From Parcubacteria group bacterium GW2011_GWC1_36_108 (GTDB taxonomy: Bacteria; Patescibacteriota; Minisyncoccia; Moranbacterales; GWC2-37-73), in the NCBI GenBank assembly GCA_000991245.1, contig LBRD01000005.1, forward strand, positions 10,944-74,943: a DNA stretch of 64,000 nt, read 5' to 3'. Position 1 is the first letter of the stretch, and each line of letters opens with the position of its first letter. This document shows positions 1 to 8,800 of this stretch, piece after piece. The translations under genes and the position numbers were made by a program. The notes beneath the pieces were generated by a model. It worked only from the letters and a program-made list of their open reading frames with translations, was not told where the DNA came from and did not search any database.

Positions 1-1124
1 TGAACAATCTTTCCTGCTACTAAACCAACAACGCCAATTGAAAAATGTTCGCTAATGGCAAAAATAAATTTCTTATCCTTAAAGGCGTTTTCGGCTAAAA
101 CTTTAACTTCATCCACTATTTTTTCAGTAATTTTTTGTCTTTCAGAATTATTCGCTTCAAGTTCGAGCGCAAAAATACGAGCTTTTGCAACGTCTTTTTC
201 TATTATCAAATTATAAGCCAAACTGGCATGATTAATTCTGCCAGCCGCATTAATACGAGGAGCTATATAAAAAGAAACTTTTTTAGTATCCGGAATTTCA
301 TTTTCGTTTATTACTATTCTGCCAACCGTAAACAATTCCAAAAGTCCAATACGCCGCGTTTTAGAAAGAACCGTTAATCCGTATTTTACAAAAAGTCTGT
401 TTTCTCCAACAAGAGGAACGCAATCGGCAATAGTTCCAATAGCCACCAAATCAAGCATCCACTTTGAAAGATGTATTTTTTCAGGCAAAAGTTTTTGAAA
501 AACGGCTTGCACAACTTTAAAAGCCACCCCCACACCAGCCAGCTCCTTAAAGGGATAACCACAGCCATCTTGATGTGGATTTATAATAGCAAATGCATCA
601 GGCACACTTGCTGGAACATGATGATGGTCTGTAATGATAACATCCATACCAAAAGAATTTGCCTTTTCAACTTCAGCAATACTAGTGATTCCGCAATCCA
701 CAGTAATAATTAAATTTACATTTTTTTCTTTAAAAATATCAATGGCAGCACTGTTGATTCCATATCCCTCACTATGTTTATTCGGAATATATACAAAAGA
801 TTCAATCCCAAGAAGATCCAATGTTTCCTTAATAATAGCTGATGATGTTATTCCATCTGCATCATAATCACCAAAAATAGCAACTTGCTGTTTTTCATCG
901 CGAGCTCTCTTGATTCTATCAACAACTTTTTCCATATCACCAAAAGCAAACGGATCAAATGAATCCGTTTCATAATTTGGATCAATAAATTGAGATATTT
1001 CTTTTTCAGATTTCAGCCCCCGTGAAAGTAATAATTTTATGACTGATGAGTTTAGTGAGAGTGATGATCCGCCAGCTGGCAGAGATGAAATTTCCTGCGG
1101 TTCTTTAAGCGTCCATTTAGCCAT
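1..1124 (-). CDS. recJ: single-stranded-DNA-specific exonuclease RecJ (N-terminal part; C-terminus lies beyond the window start)
   Basis: Reverse translation from the ATG at 1122-1124 gives MAKWTLKEPQEISSLPAGG... with the DHH motif (LIITVDCGITS...GMDVIITDHHH) about 160 aa in. No in-frame stop occurs before position 1. Confidence 0.85.
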   Translation of the reverse strand, partial: MAKWTLKEPQEISSLPAGGSSLSLNSSVIKLLLSRGLKSEKEISQFIDPNYETDSFDPFAFGDMEKVVDRIKRARDEKQQVAIFGDYDADGITSSAIIKETLDLLGIESFVYIPNKHSEGYGINSAAIDIFKEKNVNLIITVDCGITSIAEVEKANSFGMDVIITDHHHVPASVPDAFAIINPHQDGCGYPFKELAGVGVAFKVVQAVFQKLLPEKIHLSKWMLDLVAIGTIADCVPLVGENRLFVKYGLTVLSKTRRIGLLELFTVGRIVINENEIPDTKKVSFYIAPRINAAGRINHASLAYNLIIEKDVAKARIFALELEANNSERQKITEKIVDEVKVLAENAFKDKKFIFAISEHFSIGVVGLVAGKIV

Positions 1125-1145
1125 AATAAATCATTTAACCATTTC

Positions 1146-1276
1146 AGAAGTTACGCTTTTCGAAACATTTCTTTTTTGGCCAATAGCCGCCGAGAGGGGC
1201 TTCTTGAGCTTTTGGATAGTGAGTATTTATCCAAAAGCGTGCCAAATAAGAAATAGTTGAGAAAATGCGTAAGTCC
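1146..1276 (+). repeat. R-element copy R1 (~130-bp MITE-like element with ~35-bp imperfect terminal inverted repeats and a central 10-bp-stem hairpin CTTTTGGATA/TATCCAAAAG)
   Basis: Nearly identical to the reverse complement of 61711-61840 and related to 1881-1995. Termini GAAGTTACGC...GCGTAAGTCC are inverted. It lies 22 nt upstream of the recJ ATG and 10 nt past the response-regulator stop. Confidence 0.6.
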
Positions 1277-1285
1277 TACATTTAA

Positions 1286-1864
1286 TCATTTAACCACGCT
1301 GCCACATCCAGGACAAACAAATTTCGCTTCAAATACTCGATCCTTTGGATTAATTAATTTGAGCTTAAGTACGAGTTTTGCACTACAATCCAAACAAAGA
1401 TAATTTGCTTGAAAATTAAGGTCTTTGGCTATTTTTTGAGCATCTTGAGCATAAACATCAAAATCCAGTTGATATTCCTTTCCAGCTTGAGTAAACAATG
1501 AGCTTATACGCTCCACTACTTCAATAGGGCGAGTTGTTCCTCTAACAATAAAATCTTTCACTCCCAATTTAGTTGCCCTAATTCTATCTTCTTCCCTACC
1601 CATGTGCGAAGAAATGACGACTGGAATAGTTGAAGTCATAACTGTTTTTTGCAATGATTCAACCATCGAAAATCCATCCATTCTTGGCATAACTATTCCA
1701 GTAAATATTACATCAGGAATTTCTTTTGTCGCTTTGTCTAAACCCTCTACCCCATCGTTTGCCACAATAACTTCAAAATTGGCATTTTGAAATATCTCAA
1801 CATACATTTCTCTTAGTTCAACATCATCATCAACAATAAGAACTTTTAATTTTTTATTTTCCAT
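1286..1864 (-). CDS. response regulator receiver (CheY-like) protein with a C-terminal Cys-rich zinc-ribbon-like tail
   Basis: 192 aa; LIVDDD...FTGIVMPRMDG receiver motifs; C-terminal CLDC...CPGC. Confidence 0.8.
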   Translation of the reverse strand: MENKKLKVLIVDDDVELREMYVEIFQNANFEVIVANDGVEGLDKATKEIPDVIFTGIVMPRMDGFSMVESLQKTVMTSTIPVVISSHMGREEDRIRATKLGVKDFIVRGTTRPIEVVERISSLFTQAGKEYQLDFDVYAQDAQKIAKDLNFQANYLCLDCSAKLVLKLKLINPKDRVFEAKFVCPGCGSVVK

Positions 1865-1880
1865 ATATTTTTAAAATCTT

Positions 1881-1995
1881 GTAATTGCGAGAATATTTTC
1901 TTTTTGGCCAATTGTTGGCGACAGCGACTCTTGAGCTTTTGGATATTGAGCATTCATCCAAAAGCGTGCCAAAAGGGAAATATTCTCGCAATTAC
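1881..1995 (+). repeat. R-element copy R2 (diverged; perfect 18-bp TIR GTAATTGCGAGAATATTT...AAATATTCTCGCAATTAC)
   Basis: Shares the central core ttggcgacagcgactcttgagcttttggata..atccaaaagcgtgccaaa with R1/R3. It is in the same orientation as R1, so R1 and R2 bracket the response-regulator gene. Confidence 0.55.
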
Positions 1996-2004
1996 AAAGC
2001 TGGT

Positions 2005-4062
2005 TTAAATAATTATTTTTATATCGACTGCCAAGGCTTCTCGTCCATCATTATAGATAAAAAGAGGATTAATATCAAATTCCAAAATATCCTTATTCTC
2101 AATTGCAAACTGCATCAGACCACTAATGATACTTGAAAATTCTTCTATGTTATAGGCTTGCTGACCACGTGCACCAGAAAATAAGAAACTTATCTTACTT
2201 TTTAAGATTTGATCCCTAATACTTTGAGCAGACATTGGAGGAATTAGAAAATTAACCATTTTGAAAACTTCCGTATAAATTCCACCCAAGCCATACACAA
2301 TTACTGGTCCAAAAATACTATCTTGTTTGATTCCTAAAATAAGTTCTATTTGTTTATCCTGCATTGGCTGCACAACCAAACGCTCATTTGGAAAATTAGC
2401 TCTTAGTTTTTTAGCAGCAGTTTCTAATGCTGAAGGATCTTTGACATTTAAAATAAGTGCTTGCTTATCTGATTTATGCAACACTTTATCACTATCAATC
2501 TTAATCACGACTGGGTATTGCATAATAGGTGAAATTTCAGATTCAGGTAAAATTTCAACCCAATCTACCGGATTTACAGCATATTTTTTCATAACTACAG
2601 CTGCTTCAGAAAAGTACAACGCACTTCTGTTTTGTTTTTTGGCAACAACAATAATATCTTCGACTTGTTTTTTGCGCGACACAATAATCTCATCCTTACA
2701 AATCATCTCCTTGGTTTTTTTAAAAACGCTCCACTTATAATATTTATCCCAAGCTAAAATTGCACCGTCCGGATTCGAAAAGTTTGGGATTGAGTTTGTT
2801 TTCAATTCATCAACAGCTTTTTTGATACGTCCTCCTCCGATAAATACAGTCATTATTGCAGCTGAATTTTCTTTCCTTTTTTTTATTATAACATTTGTGA
2901 TCTTTTCCACTGGCGTCTGCTGTTGCGGGGTAAGAACTGATATTATTGCACCAATTTTTTGCTTGCTTAAAATATCAATAACACTCTGATATCTATCATC
3001 CTGAGCATCTCCCAATAAATCAATAGGGTTTTCCACGGAGGCTTCCAGTGGCAAAACGCTTTGCATTAGATTTTTTGTTTTTTTGTCGAGATCAGCGAGT
3101 ACAATATTCTTTTTATCAAAAGCATCGGTTGTTAGTACGCCTGCTCCTCCAGCATTCGTAAGCACAGCGACTTTTTCATTTTTTGGAGCATCAACAAATG
3201 AAACAAGTGTGAGCAAGTTAAAAAAATCTTCCAGATCATTAGCTCTAATAACACCTGCTTTTTCAAAAGCAATATCAATAATTTCATCGCTTCCTGCCAA
3301 TGCGCCAGTATGTGACGATATGGCTATTTGTGCTTTTTCTGTTTTGCCAGCCTTCAAAATTACTATTGGCTTTATCTTGGAAACTTTCTTAGCTACTTCA
3401 ATAAACTTTCTTCCGTCTTTTATTCCTTCCAGATACATTCCGATAACTTTTGTTTCCTTATCTTTTGCGAGATATTCAAGCAATGCGGATTCATCAAGTT
3501 GCATCTTATTCCCAACTGAAATAATTTGCGAAAATCCAATATGTTCATTAGCAGCTCTATCCATCAGAGCCACTGCCAATGCGCCTGATTGTGAAATAAA
3601 AGCAATGTTTCCGGCTTTTGGCATTCCGCCAGCAAAAGAAGCATTGAGTTTAAGTTTTGGGACAATAAATCCCAAGCAATTTGGTCCTAAAATGTTTAGG
3701 TTATGTTTTTGTGCAAGTTCAGCCAAATCTTTCTCTCTTTTTATTCCTTCTGCATCAGTTTCGGAAAATCCCGCTGAAATAATAACAAAATTCTTAACTT
3801 TCTCACAACTACCAGCAATCACATCAAGCACAAACTTTGCCGGCACAGCCACCAACGCCACGTCAACAGATTTTTTTATACTATTAAGATCAGGATAACA
3901 ACGTTTTAATCTCAAAAGCTTATAAGAAGGATTCACGAAATATATTTCTCCCTTATAACCAAGTTTTACGATATTATCAACCAAAACGGTGCCTATTTTC
4001 CCTTTTTTGTTTGAAGCACCAATAATAGCGATCGATTTTGGTGCGAAAAGTTTTTCTAGCAT
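2005..4062 (-). CDS. acetyl-CoA synthetase (ADP-forming), fused alpha/beta (NDP-forming acyl-CoA synthetase family)
   Basis: 685 aa; N-terminal CoA-binding domain (SIAIIGAS...GKIG), succinyl-CoA-synthetase-like flavodoxin domain and C-terminal ATP-grasp domain. Confidence 0.8.
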   Translation of the reverse strand: MLEKLFAPKSIAIIGASNKKGKIGTVLVDNIVKLGYKGEIYFVNPSYKLLRLKRCYPDLNSIKKSVDVALVAVPAKFVLDVIAGSCEKVKNFVIISAGFSETDAEGIKREKDLAELAQKHNLNILGPNCLGFIVPKLKLNASFAGGMPKAGNIAFISQSGALAVALMDRAANEHIGFSQIISVGNKMQLDESALLEYLAKDKETKVIGMYLEGIKDGRKFIEVAKKVSKIKPIVILKAGKTEKAQIAISSHTGALAGSDEIIDIAFEKAGVIRANDLEDFFNLLTLVSFVDAPKNEKVAVLTNAGGAGVLTTDAFDKKNIVLADLDKKTKNLMQSVLPLEASVENPIDLLGDAQDDRYQSVIDILSKQKIGAIISVLTPQQQTPVEKITNVIIKKRKENSAAIMTVFIGGGRIKKAVDELKTNSIPNFSNPDGAILAWDKYYKWSVFKKTKEMICKDEIIVSRKKQVEDIIVVAKKQNRSALYFSEAAVVMKKYAVNPVDWVEILPESEISPIMQYPVVIKIDSDKVLHKSDKQALILNVKDPSALETAAKKLRANFPNERLVVQPMQDKQIELILGIKQDSIFGPVIVYGLGGIYTEVFKMVNFLIPPMSAQSIRDQILKSKISFLFSGARGQQAYNIEEFSSIISGLMQFAIENKDILEFDINPLFIYNDGREALAVDIKIII

Positions 4063-4121
4063 ATTTTTATTTTTTATTTATAATATATGTTTATTATATC
4101 AGAAAAATAAACAATTTAAAA

Positions 4122-4148
4122 ACCCGCTCTGCATTGCAGAAACGGGCT
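4122..4148 (-). terminator. hairpin plus T-run terminator downstream of the 4303-4959 gene
   Basis: On the minus strand: cccgtttctgcaatgcagagcggg followed by ttttt. Confidence 0.4.
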
Positions 4149-4302
4149 AATAAGTTTCAAGTAGTGGACTCGCCGCTATTACCACTATCCCAAGGACTTC
4201 TCCTGTTACACTTTTTCGTTGAGGGATGGTGCGGATCCCTCTGCTACTGAATTATATTCAAAGCATCGTAGTCATTTTCCTTTCTTTTAAATTAGACAGT
4301 TT

Positions 4303-4959
4303 TTAGGCTGTCATTTTCTCAACATAGTCAATGACTGCATCCATAATAATTTTGCGAACTTGCTTGCCGCTTGAATATGCGACTGGCTGCACCTTGCCGT
4401 TAACAAGAATACACCCACTCCACGCATCAAGCATGATTTGAATAATTTCCTGAGCACCATCACTGATGGAAAATTTGATTCCTGGAAGTTCCTTGATTGA
4501 AAGATCTAGACCGACATCAAGCACAAACCCCCATGACCTGACCTCCAAACGAATTCCGTCCTCCAGGCATTGAGAAGTTATCTCCTCAACAACTTCCTGC
4601 TGCCTTTTCTGCCGACCAGTTATCATAGCGTTCAGTGAATTTTGATTTGCAATCCTTATTGACTCAAGACCATTCATCCATGACAATAATGCTATTGACT
4701 TATCATCACGCAGAGCAATGCCAAGTGGAAATCTTGCCTCAATCATCCTATTCTGATCGCATCCCCAATCTCCAGATTGCACAATTGCAGAAACAAGTGT
4801 GGGATTATCAAATTCCAATCTGATATCACCCATGTGAACACGTCCTAAAATCATCGCCAGATCATTAATTGCATTTTCAGAACACTTGAATGTCATTATG
4901 ACTGTTGGACCAATTCCAGGATACCGCTTACCCATTTCTCTTAAGATCTCTGCTCTCAT
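4303..4959 (-). CDS. hypothetical protein on a GC-richer island (~45% GC) with a strong SD
   Basis: Start chosen at MRAEILREMGKRYPG, which is preceded by GGGAGG 5 nt upstream. The longer ORF-track N-terminus has no RBS. No recognisable domain. Confidence 0.6.
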   Translation of the reverse strand: MRAEILREMGKRYPGIGPTVIMTFKCSENAINDLAMILGRVHMGDIRLEFDNPTLVSAIVQSGDWGCDQNRMIEARFPLGIALRDDKSIALLSWMNGLESIRIANQNSLNAMITGRQKRQQEVVEEITSQCLEDGIRLEVRSWGFVLDVGLDLSIKELPGIKFSISDGAQEIIQIMLDAWSGCILVNGKVQPVAYSSGKQVRKIIMDAVIDYVEKMTA

Positions 4960-5046
4960 GTGAACCTCCCTTAAAAATATAATGTACAACTTGGTGCATA
5001 AGCAGCCAATCGTTAATGATAGCACAAAATCATGCTTAAGTCAAGT

Positions 5047-5086
5047 CAAAAAAATCACCATTCAATGAAGAGTGGTGATTTTTTGC
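5047..5086 (-). terminator. rho-independent terminator (bidirectional hairpin flanked by A and T runs)
   Basis: aaaaaaatcaccattcaatgaagagtggtgattttttg. Confidence 0.5.
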
Positions 5087-5106
5087 TTTATTACTAGCAT
5101 TTTCAC

Positions 5107-5823
5107 TTATCGTGTCCAGCGAAATGATTTGAAAAAATCATTAAAATCATCCGCAAAAAATTCATATTGGTATTCGCCGGTCCCGCAAACAAAAACATAA
5201 CTATTTCCTTGATGCGAAGTGATGGCCTGAGAAACTCTTGTTCTATTGCCAAGCGGGTCAGTGAAAGAAAATTCAATCATATAGGCGTCTTCTCCTCCAA
5301 TTTTGGTCCGCAATGAGGAAATTTCTTTGAAGTCTTTAATGTGCGTCGAGAGGTCACTGGCAACAGCATTGTGAATTTCTTGATCTGATTTTTGAAAATT
5401 GATCCCAACTGGATTAGACCTAACGTCACAACCGGTTCTTTGATCGCCTTTTAAGCGAAAGCCTCCCAAATATGAATCGCCATATTTTTTTTCTTCATCA
5501 TTGTCTGCAACAAAAGCATTTGGAAATTTAAAGCTAAAATCGGGACCAATGTGAGAATAAGATTCATAATTAATCTTTGAAATTCCCGCATTTATTCTAA
5601 TACCTGTAACATTAGTGTTTGACCAAGATTTTATTCCGCTAATAACACCAAGGATAATAGCTATTATCACTAAGATAAAAAATATTTTTTTAATATCCTT
5701 TTTCCATCCAGCCCAATCCACAAGAAAATGTTTTAAAGTTTTTTTTGAATCAGCTTTATTAACAGCCTCCTTTTCTTCAACTTCTATGATGATTTCATTT
5801 TCGCTATTTTTATCTTCTTCCAT
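5107..5823 (-). CDS. hypothetical membrane-anchored protein (single N-terminal TM segment, extracytoplasmic domain)
   Basis: 238 aa; hydrophobic segment IFFILVIIAIILGVISGI; lies 31 nt downstream of the giant surface-protein gene. Confidence 0.6.
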   Translation of the reverse strand: MEEDKNSENEIIIEVEEKEAVNKADSKKTLKHFLVDWAGWKKDIKKIFFILVIIAIILGVISGIKSWSNTNVTGIRINAGISKINYESYSHIGPDFSFKFPNAFVADNDEEKKYGDSYLGGFRLKGDQRTGCDVRSNPVGINFQKSDQEIHNAVASDLSTHIKDFKEISSLRTKIGGEDAYMIEFSFTDPLGNRTRVSQAITSHQGNSYVFVCGTGEYQYEFFADDFNDFFKSFRWTR

Positions 5824-5853
5824 ATAGGTAAGTCATTATATTGACTTAAGATA

Positions 5854-8800
5854 TTAGCAAGTTGTTCCAGTTACGATTCCACCTTCGATTGTGATAGTAC
5901 AAGTATCAGTAGTCAGTGGACCTTTTACTACAGTAAGCGTACTGCTAACTCCACTGTTTCCATCAACCTTAAATACTCCAGTAGCTGAAACATCTTTAAC
6001 ATCTGAAAGATCATTTCCATTAGCATCAATGTCTGCTGCCATATTCAATGTGTCAGCAAGGTTAAGTCCTCCGCTTCCAGTAAAGTCAGTTCCACTGTTT
6101 CCAAGGTTAGTCAAAACATTATCATGCATATCAATGTCACCTCTCATATCAGAATCCCCTGTTATATCAAAACCTCCCGCAGTAACAGTGAACAGACCAC
6201 CAGAAGTTATTGCTCCACCGAATAATCCGCTAGTAGCAATATTCAAACTTCCGCTACCAACAAGATTCCCGCTAAGAGTAAGCGCTGAAAGATTTGTATC
6301 TCCGTTTGATTGAATTTGCCAATCACCGTCTGTAATTGAAACATTAGCATTAGAATTACCAATATGAACTTGCGCAGCGTCTGCCCCTGCTGTTCCAAGA
6401 TTTATTGTTGAATCTGGTCCAGCAGTGTTGTCAGAATTTGTAAGACCAGTAAGGAAATTTACACTGTCAGCATAAATTGTTGACCAACGTGAACCGCTTG
6501 TTCCAAGTGATCCACCAGTAATGTCACCCTCGACGTGCAAATTAGCCTTGCCAGTTCCTGTATTTCTAATAAAAACATCAGAATCAACAGCATTGTTTGC
6601 AATATCAATATTCATGCTGTTGCTTGTTGAAAAGATGTTTCCACCTGAAAGACCTGCTGTTCCATCGCTAAGTAAGAAAGCTAACACGCTGCCTGTTGTA
6701 TTTACATTTATAGCGCTGTTTAAGTCGCTACCCACTATTGTTCCGTCTATAATTTTTGCAGAATCAACACTATCACCAGAAAGTTTTGCGTTTGTTACTG
6801 CACCATCAACAATAGAATTTGTTGTTATTGAATTATCAACCACAGCAGCTGCAAGAGTTGCTGTGCTAGCATTTCCTGTGATGTTAGCAGCTATATCAGA
6901 TGAAAAAGTTTTAATTCCATCTATTGTTTGATCTCCAATTGTGTAGACACCATTAGTAACAGTTTCAGCATTTCCTGTGATATTAGCAACTATGTCAGAT
7001 GAAAAAGTTTTAATTCCATCGATTGTCTGATCTCCGATTGTGTAAACACCATTGGTAACAGTTGCTGCATTTCCTGTAATATTAGCAACAACATCCTGCG
7101 TGAATGTATTGATGCCAGTCAAAGTGTTATTAGCAGCAGCATAAACTCCATCAGTAACGGTTGCAGCATTTCCTGTAATGTTAGCAACTATATCAGATGA
7201 AAAAGTCTTAATTCCATCTATTGTTTGATCTCCGATTGTGTAAACACCATTGGTAACAGTTGCTGCATTTCCAGTAATATTAGCAACGACATCCTGTGTG
7301 AATGTGTTGATACCAGTCAAGGTATTATTAGCAGCAGTATAAACTCCATCAGTAACGGTTGCGGCATTTCCTGTTATATTAGCAATAACATTTGAAGTAA
7401 ATGTTTTAATTCCATCGATTGTCTGATCTCCGATTGTGTAAACACCATTAGTAACTGTTCCAGCATTTCCACTCACGTTGCCAGTTACATCACCAACAAG
7501 ATCTCCAGTAAATTGAACTGCAGTTATAGTTGTAGTTGAATCGATATTACTTCCGGTTATTGTGTCATTTGCGATTTTTACACCAGTTACCGCTCCGTCA
7601 GCAATCTTTGCAGTAGTTACACTTTGATCTGCAAGCTTCACAGGAGTAATAGCACTATCTGCGATTTTTCCAGAAGTAACAGCAGCATCAAGAATTTTTG
7701 AAGTGATAACAGAATCATCTGCTAATTTTGAAGTTGTTACTGCACCATCAAGAATTTTTGCAGTAATCACGCTACCATCAGCTAATTTAATATCAGTAAT
7801 TGCACCGTCCTGGACTTTTGCTGTTGAGATTGAACCGTCAGCTAAATTAACAGCCACGATTGTTCCATCGGCAATTTTTCCAGAAGTAACAGCACCGTCA
7901 ATTATTTTTGCAGTCGAAACAGAATTGTCAGCTAATTTTATCGTAGTAATTATTCCATCTGCAAGATCAGCTACTTGAACCGTTCCGTCAACAATCTTTG
8001 CGCTAGTCACACTATCGTCTGCTAGCTTTACTGTAGTGATTGCACCATCAGCAATTTTTTCTGTTGTTATTGTTGCATCCAGGATTTTAACTGCTGTTAC
8101 TGAATCATCTGCTAATATTGCAGTTGTCACAGCCAGGTCTTGAATTTTTGAAGTACTAACTGATCCATCTGCCAATTTGATATTTGTAATAGCGCTGTCT
8201 TCAATTTTTGCTGTTGAAATTGAACCGTCAGCTAAATTAACAGCCACGATTGTTCCATCGGCAATTTTTCCAGAAGTAATTGTTCCATCTAAAATTTTTG
8301 AATTAACCACGCTACCGTCAGCCAATTTGCTTGTAAGAATAGCACCATCAGCGATTTGATTGCTTCCAACTCCACCATCAGCAATCCCAACAGTTCCGAC
8401 ACCAATAGTTATTCCTGTTCCAGCGCCGACAGTTAAGGTTACATTTCCAAGTGTTCCACCACCAATCAATCCGTCTCCAGCAGTAACACCAGTTATTGTT
8501 CCACCACCAGCAATTGAGTTAACAGTCCAAGAACCATCGTTATTATTAACAACTGTAACATTGTCTCCAGCAACAATTGATTTAACCATACTTCCGTCTG
8601 AAGCAAGTTTATTTCCTGTTATTGTTCCATCAGCAATCTGCAGCCCAGTTATTGAACCGATAATTTTTGAAGCGTCTAAGCTTGTTATCCATGCAGGGTC
8701 ATTATATGAGCCAGTTGTGTAAACACCATCAGTAACGGTGTCAGCATTTCCTGTAAGTGTTCCAACAACGCTGCCAATAAGATTACCCACGAATGAACCA

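Noticed and set aside
1217-1248. DnaA-box-like TTATCCAAAA in the hairpin arms of the R elements.
   Set aside because: It is a single mismatched box embedded in a perfectly palindromic stem that is better explained by the hairpin itself; there is no clustering of boxes.
2327-3898. Plus-strand ORFs of 137 and 271 aa inside the acetyl-CoA synthetase locus; similar antisense ORFs 7703-9442 inside the surface-protein gene.
   Set aside because: They lie entirely antisense to long, well-supported minus-strand genes and have low-complexity, repeat-mirroring composition and no RBS or homology, so they are artefacts of the opposite-strand coding sequence.
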